A stretch of 64,000 nucleotides of DNA, from contig CM068761.1 of the NCBI GenBank assembly GCA_035084275.1, positions 8,556,001 through 8,620,000 of the forward strand, read 5' to 3'. The notes beneath the pieces were generated by a model that was given only the letters and a program-made list of their open reading frames with translations, ran no database searches and was not told the DNA's origin. The DNA is from Hydrolagus colliei. Its lineage: Eukaryota. Below are positions 10,380-22,460 of this stretch, piece after piece. Made by a program: the position numbers and the translations under genes. The number at the start of each line of letters is the position of its first letter. Positions within the stretch are counted from its first letter, which is position 1.

Positions 10380-13130
10380 ACAACAGCAAAATTATTTTGA
10401 TAGAGTGCCTTTCATGTCAGGAGGATGTCGCAAGGCGCTGAACAATTAGATCATGTCCGATCGGGTAAAGGTGTGGGGGGTGTGGGGTGTCGTGGCAAGA
10501 GCGTAGGAAAGGTGGGAGAGTTTGGAGGGGTGGAGAAGGCACGATCGAAGAGGAAGCTGTTGAGACTGGTGTTAAAGGAGGAAAGGGAGGAAGAGAGGCG
10601 AACGGGTTGCAGGATGGAATTCCAGAGTGTGGGACAGAGTGGCTGAAAGCCCGGCCACCGATGGTAGGTCAGTTTTGGGCGGGGGACATGGAGCAGGAAA
10701 GAGTCCGCTAAATGGTGGGGATGGGCAGGCTGATAGGGAAGCAGTAGTTTGGAAAGATAGGTGGGCGCAAGGCCATGAATGGCCTTGAAAGTGAGGGCGA
10801 GGATCTGGAATTTAACCCTATTGAAGATGAGGAGCCAGTGGAGTTGGGCGAGGGTGGGAGTGATGTGGTCACAGAGCCTAGTGCAGGAGAGTCCACGAGC
10901 TGCAGATTTCTGAATAATCTGCCGTAGGGGAGCCTAGATGTGATGAAAGCGTGGATGAGTGTTTCAGCAGCATGGGGGGTGAGGTAGTGGCGGAGAAGGT
11001 GGAAGTCTGTACTGGTCATGGCGCGGATTTGGGGGAGGAAGGATAGTTTGCAGTGGAACAAGCTACCCAGATTGCTGACTGGTTTCAAGAGGTGGAGAGT
11101 GCAGCCTTGAATGCCGATGTTGCCAGCACCTGAGGTGCTGAGGCGCAGACGCCAGTGAATCAGGATGGCCTCTGTTTGTTGATGTTTAGTTGGAGGAATT
11201 TGTCCCTTGACCGGGACTAAATGTTGGACAGACATGCAGTCAGAATGCTATTAATCCTGGAGTTGAGGGTGGAAGCGGAAAGGTAGAGTCGGGTGTCATC
11301 CGCACACATGTGGAAATGTACCACATATCAGAGTATGATGTCACCGAGGGTGAAGGAAGCATGTAGATGGTGAGGAGCAGGGGGCCAAGAACAGTGGATG
11401 CCACATGTGACTGTACAAGGGCTGGAGGAAAAGCCGTTAGGGGAGAAAAACTGAAAGCTGTGTGAGACATGTTGCTGGAACTAATCAAGAACAGACCCTT
11501 GAAAATTGAGGAGGGAAAAGAGGCGGGAGAGGAGAATTGCATGGTCAATGGTGTCAAAGGCAGTGGATAAATTGAGGAGGACGAGGAGGCAGAGGGAGGC
11601 CTGGTCACAGATGGTCAGGTTGTCATTTGTGCCCTTGACCAGAGCAGTTTCCCACCCCGATTGGAGGTGTACGAAAAGTGATTGGGTTGAGTGGAAAGAG
11701 TGGAACTGTGAAGAAACACCTCTTTCGCTGACCTTAGACAGGAAAGGGAGAATGGAGATGGGCAGGTAACTCGAGAGCTGCAACATATTGAGAGACGTTT
11801 TCTTTAGGATGGGGGTGATAGTGGCAGATTTGACGTGAGTAGGAATGGTGCCAGATGAAAGTTGGCAGGTTAATGGTGTCGGCAATTCGTGGGGCTAGAA
11901 GGTGGAGCTGAGTGGTAAGAAGAGGGGTTTGGATGGGGTCAAGGGAGCAGGTGATGTGATTGATGGAGTCGATGGTTTTTGTGATGGAGGATGGGGATAT
12001 GGTATGGAATGCGTGGAAGGAGGGATGGTTAGGAGACAGGATTTGGGGGGAGGTGACAATGGGGTGGAAGTTGGAGGGACGGTGAATCGCAGAGCAGATT
12101 TCCTCAATTTTAGACTCAAGGAAATCCAGCATCTCCTCGCAGCGGGAGTTCGAGGAAAGGATATGTGAGGCAACGTGAGGCAGTGGGCGGGAGGACAGGA
12201 AAACAGTGAGTGGATGGAAGATCTGGTTGTTGTTGGAGAAAAGCATTCAGGGTTTGTACTTCGCCTCCAGGATTATTCTGGAGGAGAAGGACTATTTGGT
12301 GGAGGCTACAGTGGAGTGGTACGATGAAGTGAGGTCCAGCCAGATGTGCCATTGGTCAGTTAGGCGGGATTTGAGCCAGGTGCGTCAGTGGCCCCCATCT
12401 GGCCCTTGAGGAAATGGAGGTGAGTGGTGAACCAGATTGATGTTCGGAAGTAGTAGGCAGTTTGGTAGGTGAGGGGGGCAAGTGCTTTGAATGTGGTGGA
12501 GGGGGTTTTGTGGAGGGGAGTAAGTGCAGAGAATGCGTCAGTGCTGAAGGTGTGCCAGAGGGAGAGGAATTTGGAGGACTCTAAGGTAGCAGAGAAAGTT
12601 TGCGGGGGGATCTTCTTCCATGGGCGGTAGAAGATGGCGGTAGGCTTGGGGGTGGAGTGGAGAGTGCTCGGAGATGGCCTTGTTGGTGATCGTGAAATCA
12701 GAGAAACTGAAGCTCAGGGTGATCACCAAGTTAAACCGGTGGTCGTGAATGTGTGTGGCGGAGTGGATGTAGAGGGAGGGGTTGAGAGAGGAGAGGAGGG
12801 AGGAGATTTCTGAGGAGGTGGAGTAAGTGAGGGTGAAGTGGAGGTTGATGTCGCCGAGGATGATGAGATGAAATGTGACATCCGATCAGAGGAGGATCAG
12901 CGGTAAACTAGGAGTGTGGAGAATTCAGAGGTGAAGGTTTGGGAGGTGACTAAATATAAAAATAAGATAAAAAGGCCATTAAGAAAACACTGACTGGAGT
13001 TGGTTGATGTGGTCATTGCAAACACACTCTGGGGATGCGCACAAGAGGCAGGTAATCCCGCCTCTTCATCTGAATGACTCCGTCCCCTCCCACTCACTGA
13101 TCACATCCACCATCTCCAGTAAGTATTCCC
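10380..13130 (-). mobile_element. Long degenerate L2 LINE (endonuclease + RT)
   Basis: Fragments include LLVLLNLSTAFDTIDHAILLSRL, SATITPILKK, TCSLDPIQTPLL, and EN-like FHLIILGDINLH; 3' tail near 10380. Confidence 0.85.
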
Positions 13131-13369
13131 TTAATAGTATTTAGTATCTTATTTATATATTTACCAAATAACTAATATAAAATTTAGTCAGCTAATATCG
13201 CTTCAATTAATCCAATTGCTAATTATTTTTTCTAGCTATTTATTAATTCGTCAACGACGTATAATCGAAACAACCTATATTGAGACATATAGCGAGGAGT
13301 GCCCGTATATACGTGAGTAAAACAAGGCAGCACGTTACACACAGGTGTAGCACACAAACCGCTGGATTT

Positions 13370-13520
13370 AAATGACTACTTTATGGTTTTTTTAAGGGAT
13401 TGTTAGGTATGTGTTGTAAAAAACTTGCCCAATGTTTCGCCCTTCCTGGAATTGAGTCAAATTCTCTCACTTTTAAGTCATGTGCTCTATCCACTGAGTT
13501 ACTAGACTCCTCAGTTGAAG
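13370..13520 (-). mobile_element. tRNA-derived SINE head
   Basis: Minus strand reads ggagtctagtaactcagtggatagagcac...gactcaattccagg, with A/B-box-like motifs; paralogs near 18890 and 40570. Confidence 0.6.
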
Positions 13521-13769
13521 GGTCCTCAGGCATCCATCAGTATATTTATTATAATGATGATAATAGGATGCGGCGCCAATTCATGCAGATAGATGGATAA
13601 TCTGTAATAAACCAGACATTAGAATACAAAATAGATAGTAAATGTAGCAGAACATGTGTGGCTTTAATATGTGCTGACAACATAAGAAATAAGGAACTAG
13701 GGAAGATGAGGAACCATATCGATCTGGAAATGGAATGTGGAAGACATGTTGCAGTACAAATCAAACATA

Positions 13770-14045
13770 AATCCTATAGTTGAATGTTTAGAGCACTTGC
13801 CACACAAGCAAATGATCCGGTTTCAATTCCAGATAGGGCGCAATCTTGAGCAAGTTTCCATACACCATATGGCTCATCCCTCAAAAGAGGGAATCATAAA
13901 TTGCTCACTTCAATCTGCGACTGTTTGTGGGACACTGGTGATATGTTTCGCCGATATATATTCACTATTTTTTGATAGATATCGGTCATTGTGTAAAGCG
14001 CTTTGAGACGTCTAGAAGATGAAAGGATTGGTATTATTACTTAGG
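13770..14045 (+). mobile_element. tRNA-derived SINE with L2-like tail
   Basis: tRNA-like head, core ctgtttgtgggacactg, tail aagcgctttgagacgtc..gtgaaagg; paralogs at ~19760 and ~41035. Confidence 0.6.
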
Positions 14046-15059
14046 ATTTGTTTTAGTCGTCCATAAATATTTCCAAAGGAATAGCAACAATTTGTTGCGT
14101 TTTGTTTTGGTTTGATGCATCTGCAATCATCTGGAAATCTTTGCATTGACAGCAATATTCTTAGACAATCAGAATAATCCATGTTTGTGATATTCGTGAA
14201 TGTTTGAGTGGAAATGATACCTGTGCCTTTTGAAGTAAAAATTCATAATTCAGTATGAATTTAACAGGGTGACAATTTCGTCAAATTTTAAAATACCACA
14301 ATAATCGGGTACATTTTGCCACATGTTGGATTTCTACCCAAGCTTCTGATAGATCAGATGTGGGAAGATTCAGGCGACGAACACTCAATCTGTGGAGGGC
14401 GCTGTCTCACAATAAATAAATACATAGCTTCACTCTCACTGAGGCAACAATTTTAAATGACTGTCAGTTTGAATTTCATAGCTTATATGAAATCTACTCA
14501 GGTTGTTGCTACTTGTAGTGTCTGTTTTTGTAGCCTAATACAGTGCTTGTTTTGCAGCAGCAAAATCACTCAACAAATGAAAAACAAAAATGGTAAATAA
14601 TCTTATGTACAGTTATTCCTGGCTCCAAGACAAACTTTCTTTCACTTTCCATTCATTAATTCCATGGAAACTCTGATATCCACCTGAGCAATCAACAATT
14701 TCAATTAGCATCATATTGTAAAAATCTAATCTCACAAACTGAAGTGAAGTGATTGCAGTGTTTGCCCTAGATATGCCGATAAAAAGCATGACAGGTGTTC
14801 AATTTTAATTATGATTCTATCAATAATTCATTATAGGTTATCGTAATTGGTGCCTACAGAGTGACTATCAATATTACCACATTCCTGTCTATCACAGAGC
14901 CTGACTTCCAATGTACATCACCATGATGGCAGTGAAATCCTCAGTCCTTGCCTTTGAGAATTGATGTTTGTGATGTTGAGACGGTTCAAGGGCAATGTAC
15001 TTCAGACTATCACATTTAGTTAATTTGATGGAATGTGCTCCACCATAGTACAAGGCAAT

Positions 15060-15780
15060 AATAACGAAAGACAAACGCAAGAACACATTGCAATTATGCA
15101 TCATGTTGCATATTGGGAGTATGCACCAAAACTCGTCATGCTTGCTTTGATTGGATTGAAATTGGGATGGGTGGAAGCATGACCAAGGCACGGTGAAAGA
15201 GAAAGTACTTTAGATGAGATTTCAAGGAGGGAAGGCAGGGCAAGTGAAGTGTTTCCTCGTCAGTGTTCCCAAGGAGTATAGCCAAAACATGTTGAAGGCC
15301 TTTCATGAGGAATGCAAGCATGATATTTCTCGGCAGCGTGAGTGAAGAGGCAATGGCCGTGTTGTTCCATGTAATGGAAGTGTGGGAATGCAGAACTGTG
15401 GGTGGCATCCATATTGGGATAAGGAAAGATCAGCCTCGGGGCTTTGTACAAGCTATGGGCGGTGAAAAATGAATCTGTTAATAGTGTCATTGTCAGTTCG
15501 TTGGGTGAGGAATTGCAGGCTGCCTTTACATTGTCAACTTTAAACTGGAGAAAATTAGCCATTATTCAGGGCTTGATCACTGAAGATGGCAGGAAATACA
15601 TTGAGAGATATGGAGGAACAGCTTGAACACATATTTATTTGTAAACAACAACAACAAAATACAATTTCTATAGCGCCTTTCACATAGGGAGGATGTCCCA
15701 AGGCACTGACCAGTCAGGTAGGGACCAGAGCGGGGAGCAGGGGTCAGGGTAGAAGGAAGAGAATAAGAGAAGTGACTGTA
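15060..15780 (-). mobile_element. Old L2 RT C-terminal fragment plus SINE/LINE tails (part of the spacer unit)
   Basis: NFLQFKVDNVKA...DATHSS..HFH resembles L2 RT-end motifs. Paralogs at 20610-21380, 31070-31860, 42310-42880 and 52390-53000. Confidence 0.6.
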
Positions 15781-15849
15781 TATTTGTGAGCAAAACACAG
15801 CAGCAAAAATTGCGCCCAGCAGTGTCTCACGAATAATCGTGGGATTGGG

Positions 15850-16385
15850 TTTAGGGGAGAAAGGTGGAAAAGAGCATAATTGGGGAGAGGGAGGGAAAGG
15901 TGGGGTGAGGTAACGTCGGGGAGGAAAAGGGTAGGAGAAAGGGGGGTAAGGTGTCGATGGAGGAAAAGGTGGTGGGGGGGTTACAATCAGGGAGAAATGG
16001 GGGAAGTAAGGGGGTTAAGGGGAAATAGGGAGGGAAGGGATAAAATGTGGAGAGGGAAAGAATGGGGGAAAAGGGACCAGTTGGATGGAAGAGGGAGAAG
16101 AGAGGGAGGAAAGATAGGGAAGTAAGGTTGGAAGAGAGGGAGGGGAAAGAAAGTGAAGCGGATAGAGAGGGTAGAGTTGAAAGAGCGAGAGGAAGGAAAG
16201 GGGGGGAAGAGTGGGTGAAAAGAAGGATGAAAGAGAGGCAATGAAAGAGGGAAGTAAAGAGGAGTGGGGTGTAGAACATTGAAATGGCAAAGAAGAGAGG
16301 TAAAAGGGGAGGAGAGAAAGGAGGAAAGGTAGCGAGGGAAGAAAAGGGGTGAAAGTTTAGAGGTCAAAAGAGGGTGATTAATTAA
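15850..16385. repeat. Purine-rich (G/A) low-complexity tract
   Basis: About 0.5 kb almost entirely G/A on +; paralogs at 21400-21920, 31860-32370 and 53300-53800. Confidence 0.9.
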
Positions 16386-16414
16386 TGGCAACAAAAATAA
16401 CAATAACAATAATG

Positions 16415-16560
16415 AAGTCCTTGAGCTCGCCACTACTTGTCCTCGCCATCTGCCTGGACGATGTACGTAAGGTGGAACTGGACGTAGGTGAAGTGGGAGG
16501 AGACGGCCAACAGTGATGCGTTGAACATCTCCTGCTCGGCCTCCAGCCGCTGCAGTTTCT
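16415..16560 (-). pseudogene. RUNDC1: RUNDC1-like N-terminal coding fragment, copy 1
   Basis: EKLQRLEAEQEMFNASLLAVSSHFTYVQFHLTYIVQADGEDK*, recognised from memory of RUNDC1 (EQELLNSSLLALTSHFAQVQFRL). Confidence 0.65.
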
Positions 16561-16607
16561 ATGGGATTTGTCCTAGTGTAGTGACATGCCCCAAACCAAC
16601 CGGCTCC

Positions 16608-16890
16608 TCAGCTGGTGTACTTGGTGATGGCCATGATGCTCTCGGACACGGCATGGTTGGCCAGCTCACCCAGCAGCAGCAGCCTGACCGCCATCTAGAT
16701 CTCCCGCGATGAGATGGTCTGCCACTTGCTATACTAGATCAGGTAATAGGCCTCGCAGGCGATCCACTGAAAGATGTCATTGAAGAACGAGTTCACACAT
16801 TCATGGCCGACGATGGGTGGACCTGTTTCAGCACCTTGTACATGTATGAGGTGTAACTGTGTCCTGCGCTTGCGGTAGTGGCGTCTAACC
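16608..16890 (-). pseudogene. H2B: Divergent histone H2B pseudogene, copy 1
   Basis: [15 protein letters not shown]...[49 protein letters not shown]; stops and indels. Confidence 0.9.
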
Positions 16891-17556
16891 CTGCTGTTTG
16901 TCCGCTGCCAGCGCCTTTTTCAGGGACCATCAAAGTGGTCAGCGGCTTGGGATGTCTTTCTGATGTGAAAGTTGCTCTATAGATGTAATTTTGTTGTTGT
17001 TGTTCAGTCCCATATTTCTATGTTCTGTTGATAAATTTGATGAGTTTAATCAAAATAATGCTAACTATGATAATGATACCTGGGCTAAATCATTTGCTGA
17101 CTTTAAACAAAATCCAATTATGACTACATGTCACATGAAGAAGCAAACGCTTTGTATCCTGTCCAGCAATGACACAAGTAAAATTAGCATTGATTTCAAT
17201 GACCATCATGGCCGAGAAACTGTAAGATATTAAAATGCACAAATTTGCTTCCACATTTACCTAAATAATATACGCAATATATCCAGTAAAGCATCACTTG
17301 AAATGAAAAGTCATCATTAAATGAAAGGTACTTTCTCAAAGGGATTATTATTTATTTCATTTTTAATACACTACAAGTGAGAGGTTTTTTTTATTGATGG
17401 TCACTTTGGATTTCTAAGCATGAGAAAATCACTTGACCTTGATCTGTCAAAAACATGCATTGGATCATCGCATGCGAAGACTTCCATAAAAGTGAGTTTT
17501 CAAATTTGAAGAATTGAGTGTATCACCTTCTGAAATGCACTGGTGTGTATGTCCTA

Positions 17557-18560
17557 TCCAGCATCTCCTCACAGTGGGAGTTAGAGGAAAGGACCTGCGA
17601 GGCAAGGCAAGGTGGTGGGTGGGGGGACGGGGACGACAATGGGGGGATGGAGGATCTGGTTGGTGGTGGAGAAAGGAAGCCGGGGGTTGTACTTCACCTC
17701 CAGGATTATCATAGAGAAGAAGGACAATTTGGTGGAGGCTGGAGAGGAGCCTAGAATGGAGCGGTAGGGCAAAGTGAGGTACAGCCATATATGCCAGTGG
17801 ACCGTTAAGCGGGATTTGAAACAGGTGCTTTCAATGGCCCGCACCTGGCCCTTGAGGGAACGGAGGTTCGTGGTGAACCAGGGTGAGGTTCGGGAGCAGG
17901 AGGCATTCAGTAGGTGAGGGGGACAAGCACGTCATGTGGTGGAGAGGGTATTGTGGAGGAGAGTGAGTGCAGAGGATAGGTCAGTGCTGAGGGTGGCCAG
18001 AGGGAGAGGAGTTTGGAGGCAAGCAGAGAACGTTTATGGGGGGATCCTCTGCCATGGCCGGTAGAAGATGGTGATTTCTTGGGGTGGAGGGGAGAGTGAT
18101 TGGAGATGGCCTTGTTGGTGATAGTGAGATCGGAGACACTGAAGCTCAGTGTGATCACCAAGTTAAACGAGTGGCCGTGAACGTGTGTGGCGGAGTGGAT
18201 GTGGATGGAGAGGTTGAGAGAGGAGAGGAGGGAGGAGAATTCTGAGGAGGTGGAGCAAGCAGCGGTGAAGTAGAGGTTGATGTCGTCGAGGATGATGAGA
18301 TGAAACGTGACATCTGATCGGAGCAGGCGCAGAGGTAAGCTAGGAGTGTGGAGAAGTCAGAGATGAAGGATTGGGAGAGTCAGTGCTGGAGGTGATAAAA
18401 TGTAGAAATAAGATAAAAAGGCAATTAAGAGAACACTGACAGGAGATGGTTGATGTGGTCATTGCAAACACACTTTTGGGATCCGCACAAGAGGCAGGTA
18501 ATCCTGCCTCTTCATCTGAATGACCCCTCCCCTCACTGATCACATCCACCATCTCCAGTA
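17557..18560 (-). mobile_element. Duplicated 5' (endonuclease) part of the L2 at 12124-13130
   Basis: Colinear with 12124-13130; joined at 17556/17557 to spacer sequence. Confidence 0.8.
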
Positions 18561-19217
18561 AGTGTTCCCTTAATAGTATTTATTATCTTATGTATATATT
18601 TACTAAACAACTGATATAAAATTTTAGCAGCTAATATCACTTCAATTAATCCAATTGCTAATTATTGTTTCTAACTATTTATTAATTCGTCAATGACAAA
18701 TAATTGAAACAACGAATATTGAGACATATAGTGAGAAGTGCCCGTATATACGTGAGGAAAACAAGGCAGTACATTACTCACAGGTGTGCTCCACAAACCG
18801 CTGGATTTAAATGACCAATATATTATTGTTTTGTTTGAGGGATTGTTAGGTATGTGGTGTCAGGGAATTTGCCCAATGTTTCACCCTTCGTGGAATTGAG
18901 CCCAATTCTCTCGCTTTTAAGGCACTTGCTGTATCCACTGAGCTCATGGACTGCTCACTTCAAGGGTTTATTATAATGATGATAATAGGAGGCGGCACCA
19001 TTTCATGCAGATAAATGGATAATATGTCTGTTATAAACCACATATTAGAATACAAAAACCAAAAATACATAGTAAATGTAGCAGAACACGTGTGGTGCTC
19101 TGTGTGCTCCAGCACTGACTCTCCCAAACCTTCATATGTGCTGACAACATAAGCAATAAGGAACGAGGGAAGATGAGAAAATATATCGATCTGGAAATGG
19201 AATGGGGACGACATGTT

Positions 19218-19732
19218 CTCACTATATGTCTCCTGGCACCATCCTGGGTACAACGAAGATTTACTAGGATGGTGCCAGGATTGAGGGACTTCAGCTATGA
19301 GGAGAGGCTAGATAGGCTAGGGTTATTCTCTCTGGAGCAGAGAAGATTGAGGGGAGACTTAATAGAGGTTTATAAGATCATGAGGGGTTTCGACAGGGCA
19401 AATAGAGAAAAACTATTTCCACTCGTGGGTGAATCTGCGACTCGTGGTCACAGATTTAAAATAGTTTTAAGGCGCAGTAGAGGGGAGCTGAGGAGAATTT
19501 TTTTCACTCAGCGAGTTGTTCGAATCTGGAATGCATTGCCTGAAAAGGTGGTGGAGGCTGATTCGATAACAACTTTTAAAAGGGAATTAGATCTTTATTT
19601 AGAGAGAACCGGTCTATTAGGCTATGGGGAGCGGGCAGGGCAGTGGGATTGAATCGCTCTTTTCAAAGAGCCGGCACAGACTAGATGGGCCGAATGGCCT
19701 CCTTTTGTGCCGTAAAATTCTATGATTCTATG
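19218..19732 (+). mobile_element. 5'-truncated CR1 LINE with TSD ATGTT
   Basis: Open CR1 ORF2 C-terminus (RRFTRMVPGLRDFSYEERLDRLGLFSLEQRRLRGDLIEVYKIM...FFTQRVVRIWNALP), (ATTCTATG)n tail; ATGTT at 19213-19217 and 19733-19737; empty paralogous site at ~13746. Confidence 0.93.
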
Positions 19733-21957
19733 ATGTTGCAGTACAAATCAAACATAAATCCTATAGTTCAATGTTTAGAGCACTCGTCACACAAGCAAGT
19801 GACCTGGATTCAATTCTAGACAGGGCAAAATCTTGAGCAAGTTTTCATACACAATATGCCTAATCCATCAAAAGTGGTAATAATAAATTGCTAACTTAAA
19901 TCTGCTACTGTTTGTGGGCACTGCTGACATGTTTCGCCCACATTCATTCACTTTTTGTTTGAGAGACCTTGTGTGAAGCGCTTTGAGACGTCTAGAAGAT
20001 GAAAGGATTGGTATTATAATTTAGGATTTGTTTTATTCATCCATAAATAGTTCCAAAGGAATAGAAACACGTTCTTGTGTTTTGTTTTGGCTTGATGCGT
20101 CTTGTGTGCAATCATCTGCAATCATCTGGAAGTATTTGCATTGACAGCAATATTCTTAGAGAAACAAAATAATCCATGTTTGTGATATACGTGAATGTGT
20201 GAATGGAAATGATACCTGTGCCTATTGAAATAGAGACAGAGCTTCTGATGGTTCAGTATGAATTTAACAGGGTGACAATTTCTTCAAACTTTAAAATACA
20301 ACATTAATCGGGTACTTTTAGTCACACCTTGGATTTCTACCCAAGCTTCTGATACGTCAGATGTGGGCAGATTCAGGCGAGGAACACTCATTCTGTGAAT
20401 GGCGCTATCTCACAATAAATAAAAACGTTTCCTCACTCTCACTGAGGCAACAATTTTGAATGAGTGTCCGTTTGAATTTCACAGCTTATATGAAATCTAC
20501 TCAGGTTATTGCTACTTGTAATGTCTGCGTTTGTAGCCAAACACAGTGCTTGTTTTGCAGCAGCAATATCACTCAACAAATGAACAACAAACATTGTAAA
20601 TAATCTTATGTATAGACAAATGCAAGAACACATTGCATTTATGCAGCATGTTGCCAAAACTCGTCATCCGTGCTGTGATTGGATTGAAATTGGGATGGGT
20701 GGAAGCATGACTAAGGCACGGTGAAAGAGAAAGGAATTTAGATGCGATTTCAAAGAGGGAAGGCAGTACAAGGCAAAGTGTTTCCAAGACAATTTTCCCA
20801 AGGAATATGGCTAAAACATGATGAAGGCCTTTTGCGATGAATGCAAGAATGATTGGCTCTGCAGCGTCAGTGGAGAGACAGTGGCAGTGTTGTTCAGTGT
20901 AGTGGAAGTGCGGGAATACAGAACTGTGGGTGGCATCCATATTGGGATAAAGAAAGATGAGCATCCAAGAGAATACTGACGCTTTGTGAAAGCACTTGCT
21001 GGTGAAAAACGAATCTGTTAATAGTGTCGTTGTCAGTTCTTTGGGTTAGGAACTCCAGACAGGAGCCAAATAAGGCGGCCTTCACCTTGTCAACTTTAAG
21101 CTGGAAAAAAGTAGCCATTATTAAGGGCTTGATCCGTGAAAATGGCAGGAAACACATTGAGAAATATGGAGGAACAGCTTGAATACAGGTTTATTTATAA
21201 ACAACAACAACAAAATTACATTTCTATAGCGCCTTTCACATTGGGCGGACGTCCCATGGCGCTGAACTGTCAGGTGTGTACCTGAGCAGGGGTCGGTGTA
21301 GGGGGAAGGAGAGTAAGAGAATTGACGGTATATTTGTGGGTGAAACACGGCAACCAAACTGCGCACAGCAGTGTCCCACAAATAGTCGTGGGAGTGGGGT
21401 TAGGGGAGAAAGGGGGAAAAGAGCATAAGGAGGATAGGGAGGGAAAGGTGAGGTGAGGTACATTCGGCAGGATAAGTGTAGGAGAAAGCGGGTAAGGTGG
21501 AGAGGAAGGTAAAGGTGAGGGGTTCAAATCTGGGAGAAATGGGAGAAATGGGGTTAAAGGGAAACAGGGAAGGAAGGGAGAAAAGGGGTAGAGGGAAAGA
21601 ATGGGGGAAAAGGGAGCAGAAGGAAGAATGAGGGAGAAGAGTGGGGAGGGAAAAGAGGGAAGAAAGGAGGGAAGATAGGGAGGGGAAGCAAAGGGAAGTG
21701 GACAGAGAGGGTAGGGGTGAAAGAGCGAGAGGAAAGAAAGGGTGGCGGGGGGGGAGGGAAAGATGGAGTGAAGAGAGAAGAGCAAAGAGAAGCAATGAAA
21801 GAGGGAAGTAAAGAGCGGATTAGAGATAGGCAAATAAGGGAGGTAAAAAGGGAGGAGAGAAAGGGGGAAAGGGAGCAAGGGAAGAAAATTGGGGAAAGGT
21901 TAAGGTGGAAAAGGGGGGTATTAATCAATGCCAACAAAAATAACAACAATAACAATA

Positions 21958-22112
21958 ATGAAGACCTTGAGCTCACAACTCCTTTTCCTCACCATCTGCC
22001 TGGACGATCTGTTTGAGGTGGAACTGGAATTGGGTGTAGTGGGAGGTGAGGGCCAACAGTGATGAGTTGAACACTCCTGCTCGGACTCCAGCCGCTGCAG
22101 TTCCTCGGCCAT
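21958..22112 (-). pseudogene. RUNDC1: RUNDC1-like fragment, copy 2
   Basis: MAEELQRLESEQE then a frameshift, FNSSLLALTSHYTQFQFHLKQIVQADGEEKE...ELKVF. Confidence 0.65.
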
Positions 22113-22179
22113 GATGGTCAGGGCCAGGGATTGGGCCTAGTGTGGTGACAATAGTGTGGCCCCAAAACTGACTGGCTCT

Positions 22180-22460
22180 TCAGCTGGTGTACTTGGTGAT
22201 GGCCTTGATGCTCTCAGACACGGCATGTTTGGCCAGCTCACCCGGCAGCAGCAGCCTGACCGCCATCTGGATCTCCCACGATGCCACTTGCTATACTGGA
22301 TCAGGTAATGGGTCTCGCAGGCGATCCACTCAACGATGTCGTTGACGAACTAGTTCACCACATTCATGGCCGACGATGAGATGCCCGTGTTCTTGTGGAC
22401 CTGCTTCAGCACCTTGTACATGTATGAGGTGTAACTCTGCGTCCTGCGCGTGCGGCGTCT
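22180..22460 (-). pseudogene. H2B: Divergent histone H2B pseudogene, copy 2
   Basis: [33 protein letters not shown]...[31 protein letters not shown]; frameshifts. Confidence 0.9.

Noticed and set aside
13440-13510. tRNA genes at tRNA-like heads
   Set aside because: Degenerate cloverleafs attached to SINE cores and tails; these are SINEs, not tRNAs.
15851-16433. Long Pro/Leu/Phe/Ser-rich and Gly/Arg/Glu-rich ORFs (also 21270-22016, 31584-32524, 53364-53883)
   Set aside because: By-products of polypurine low-complexity tracts that lack stop codons.
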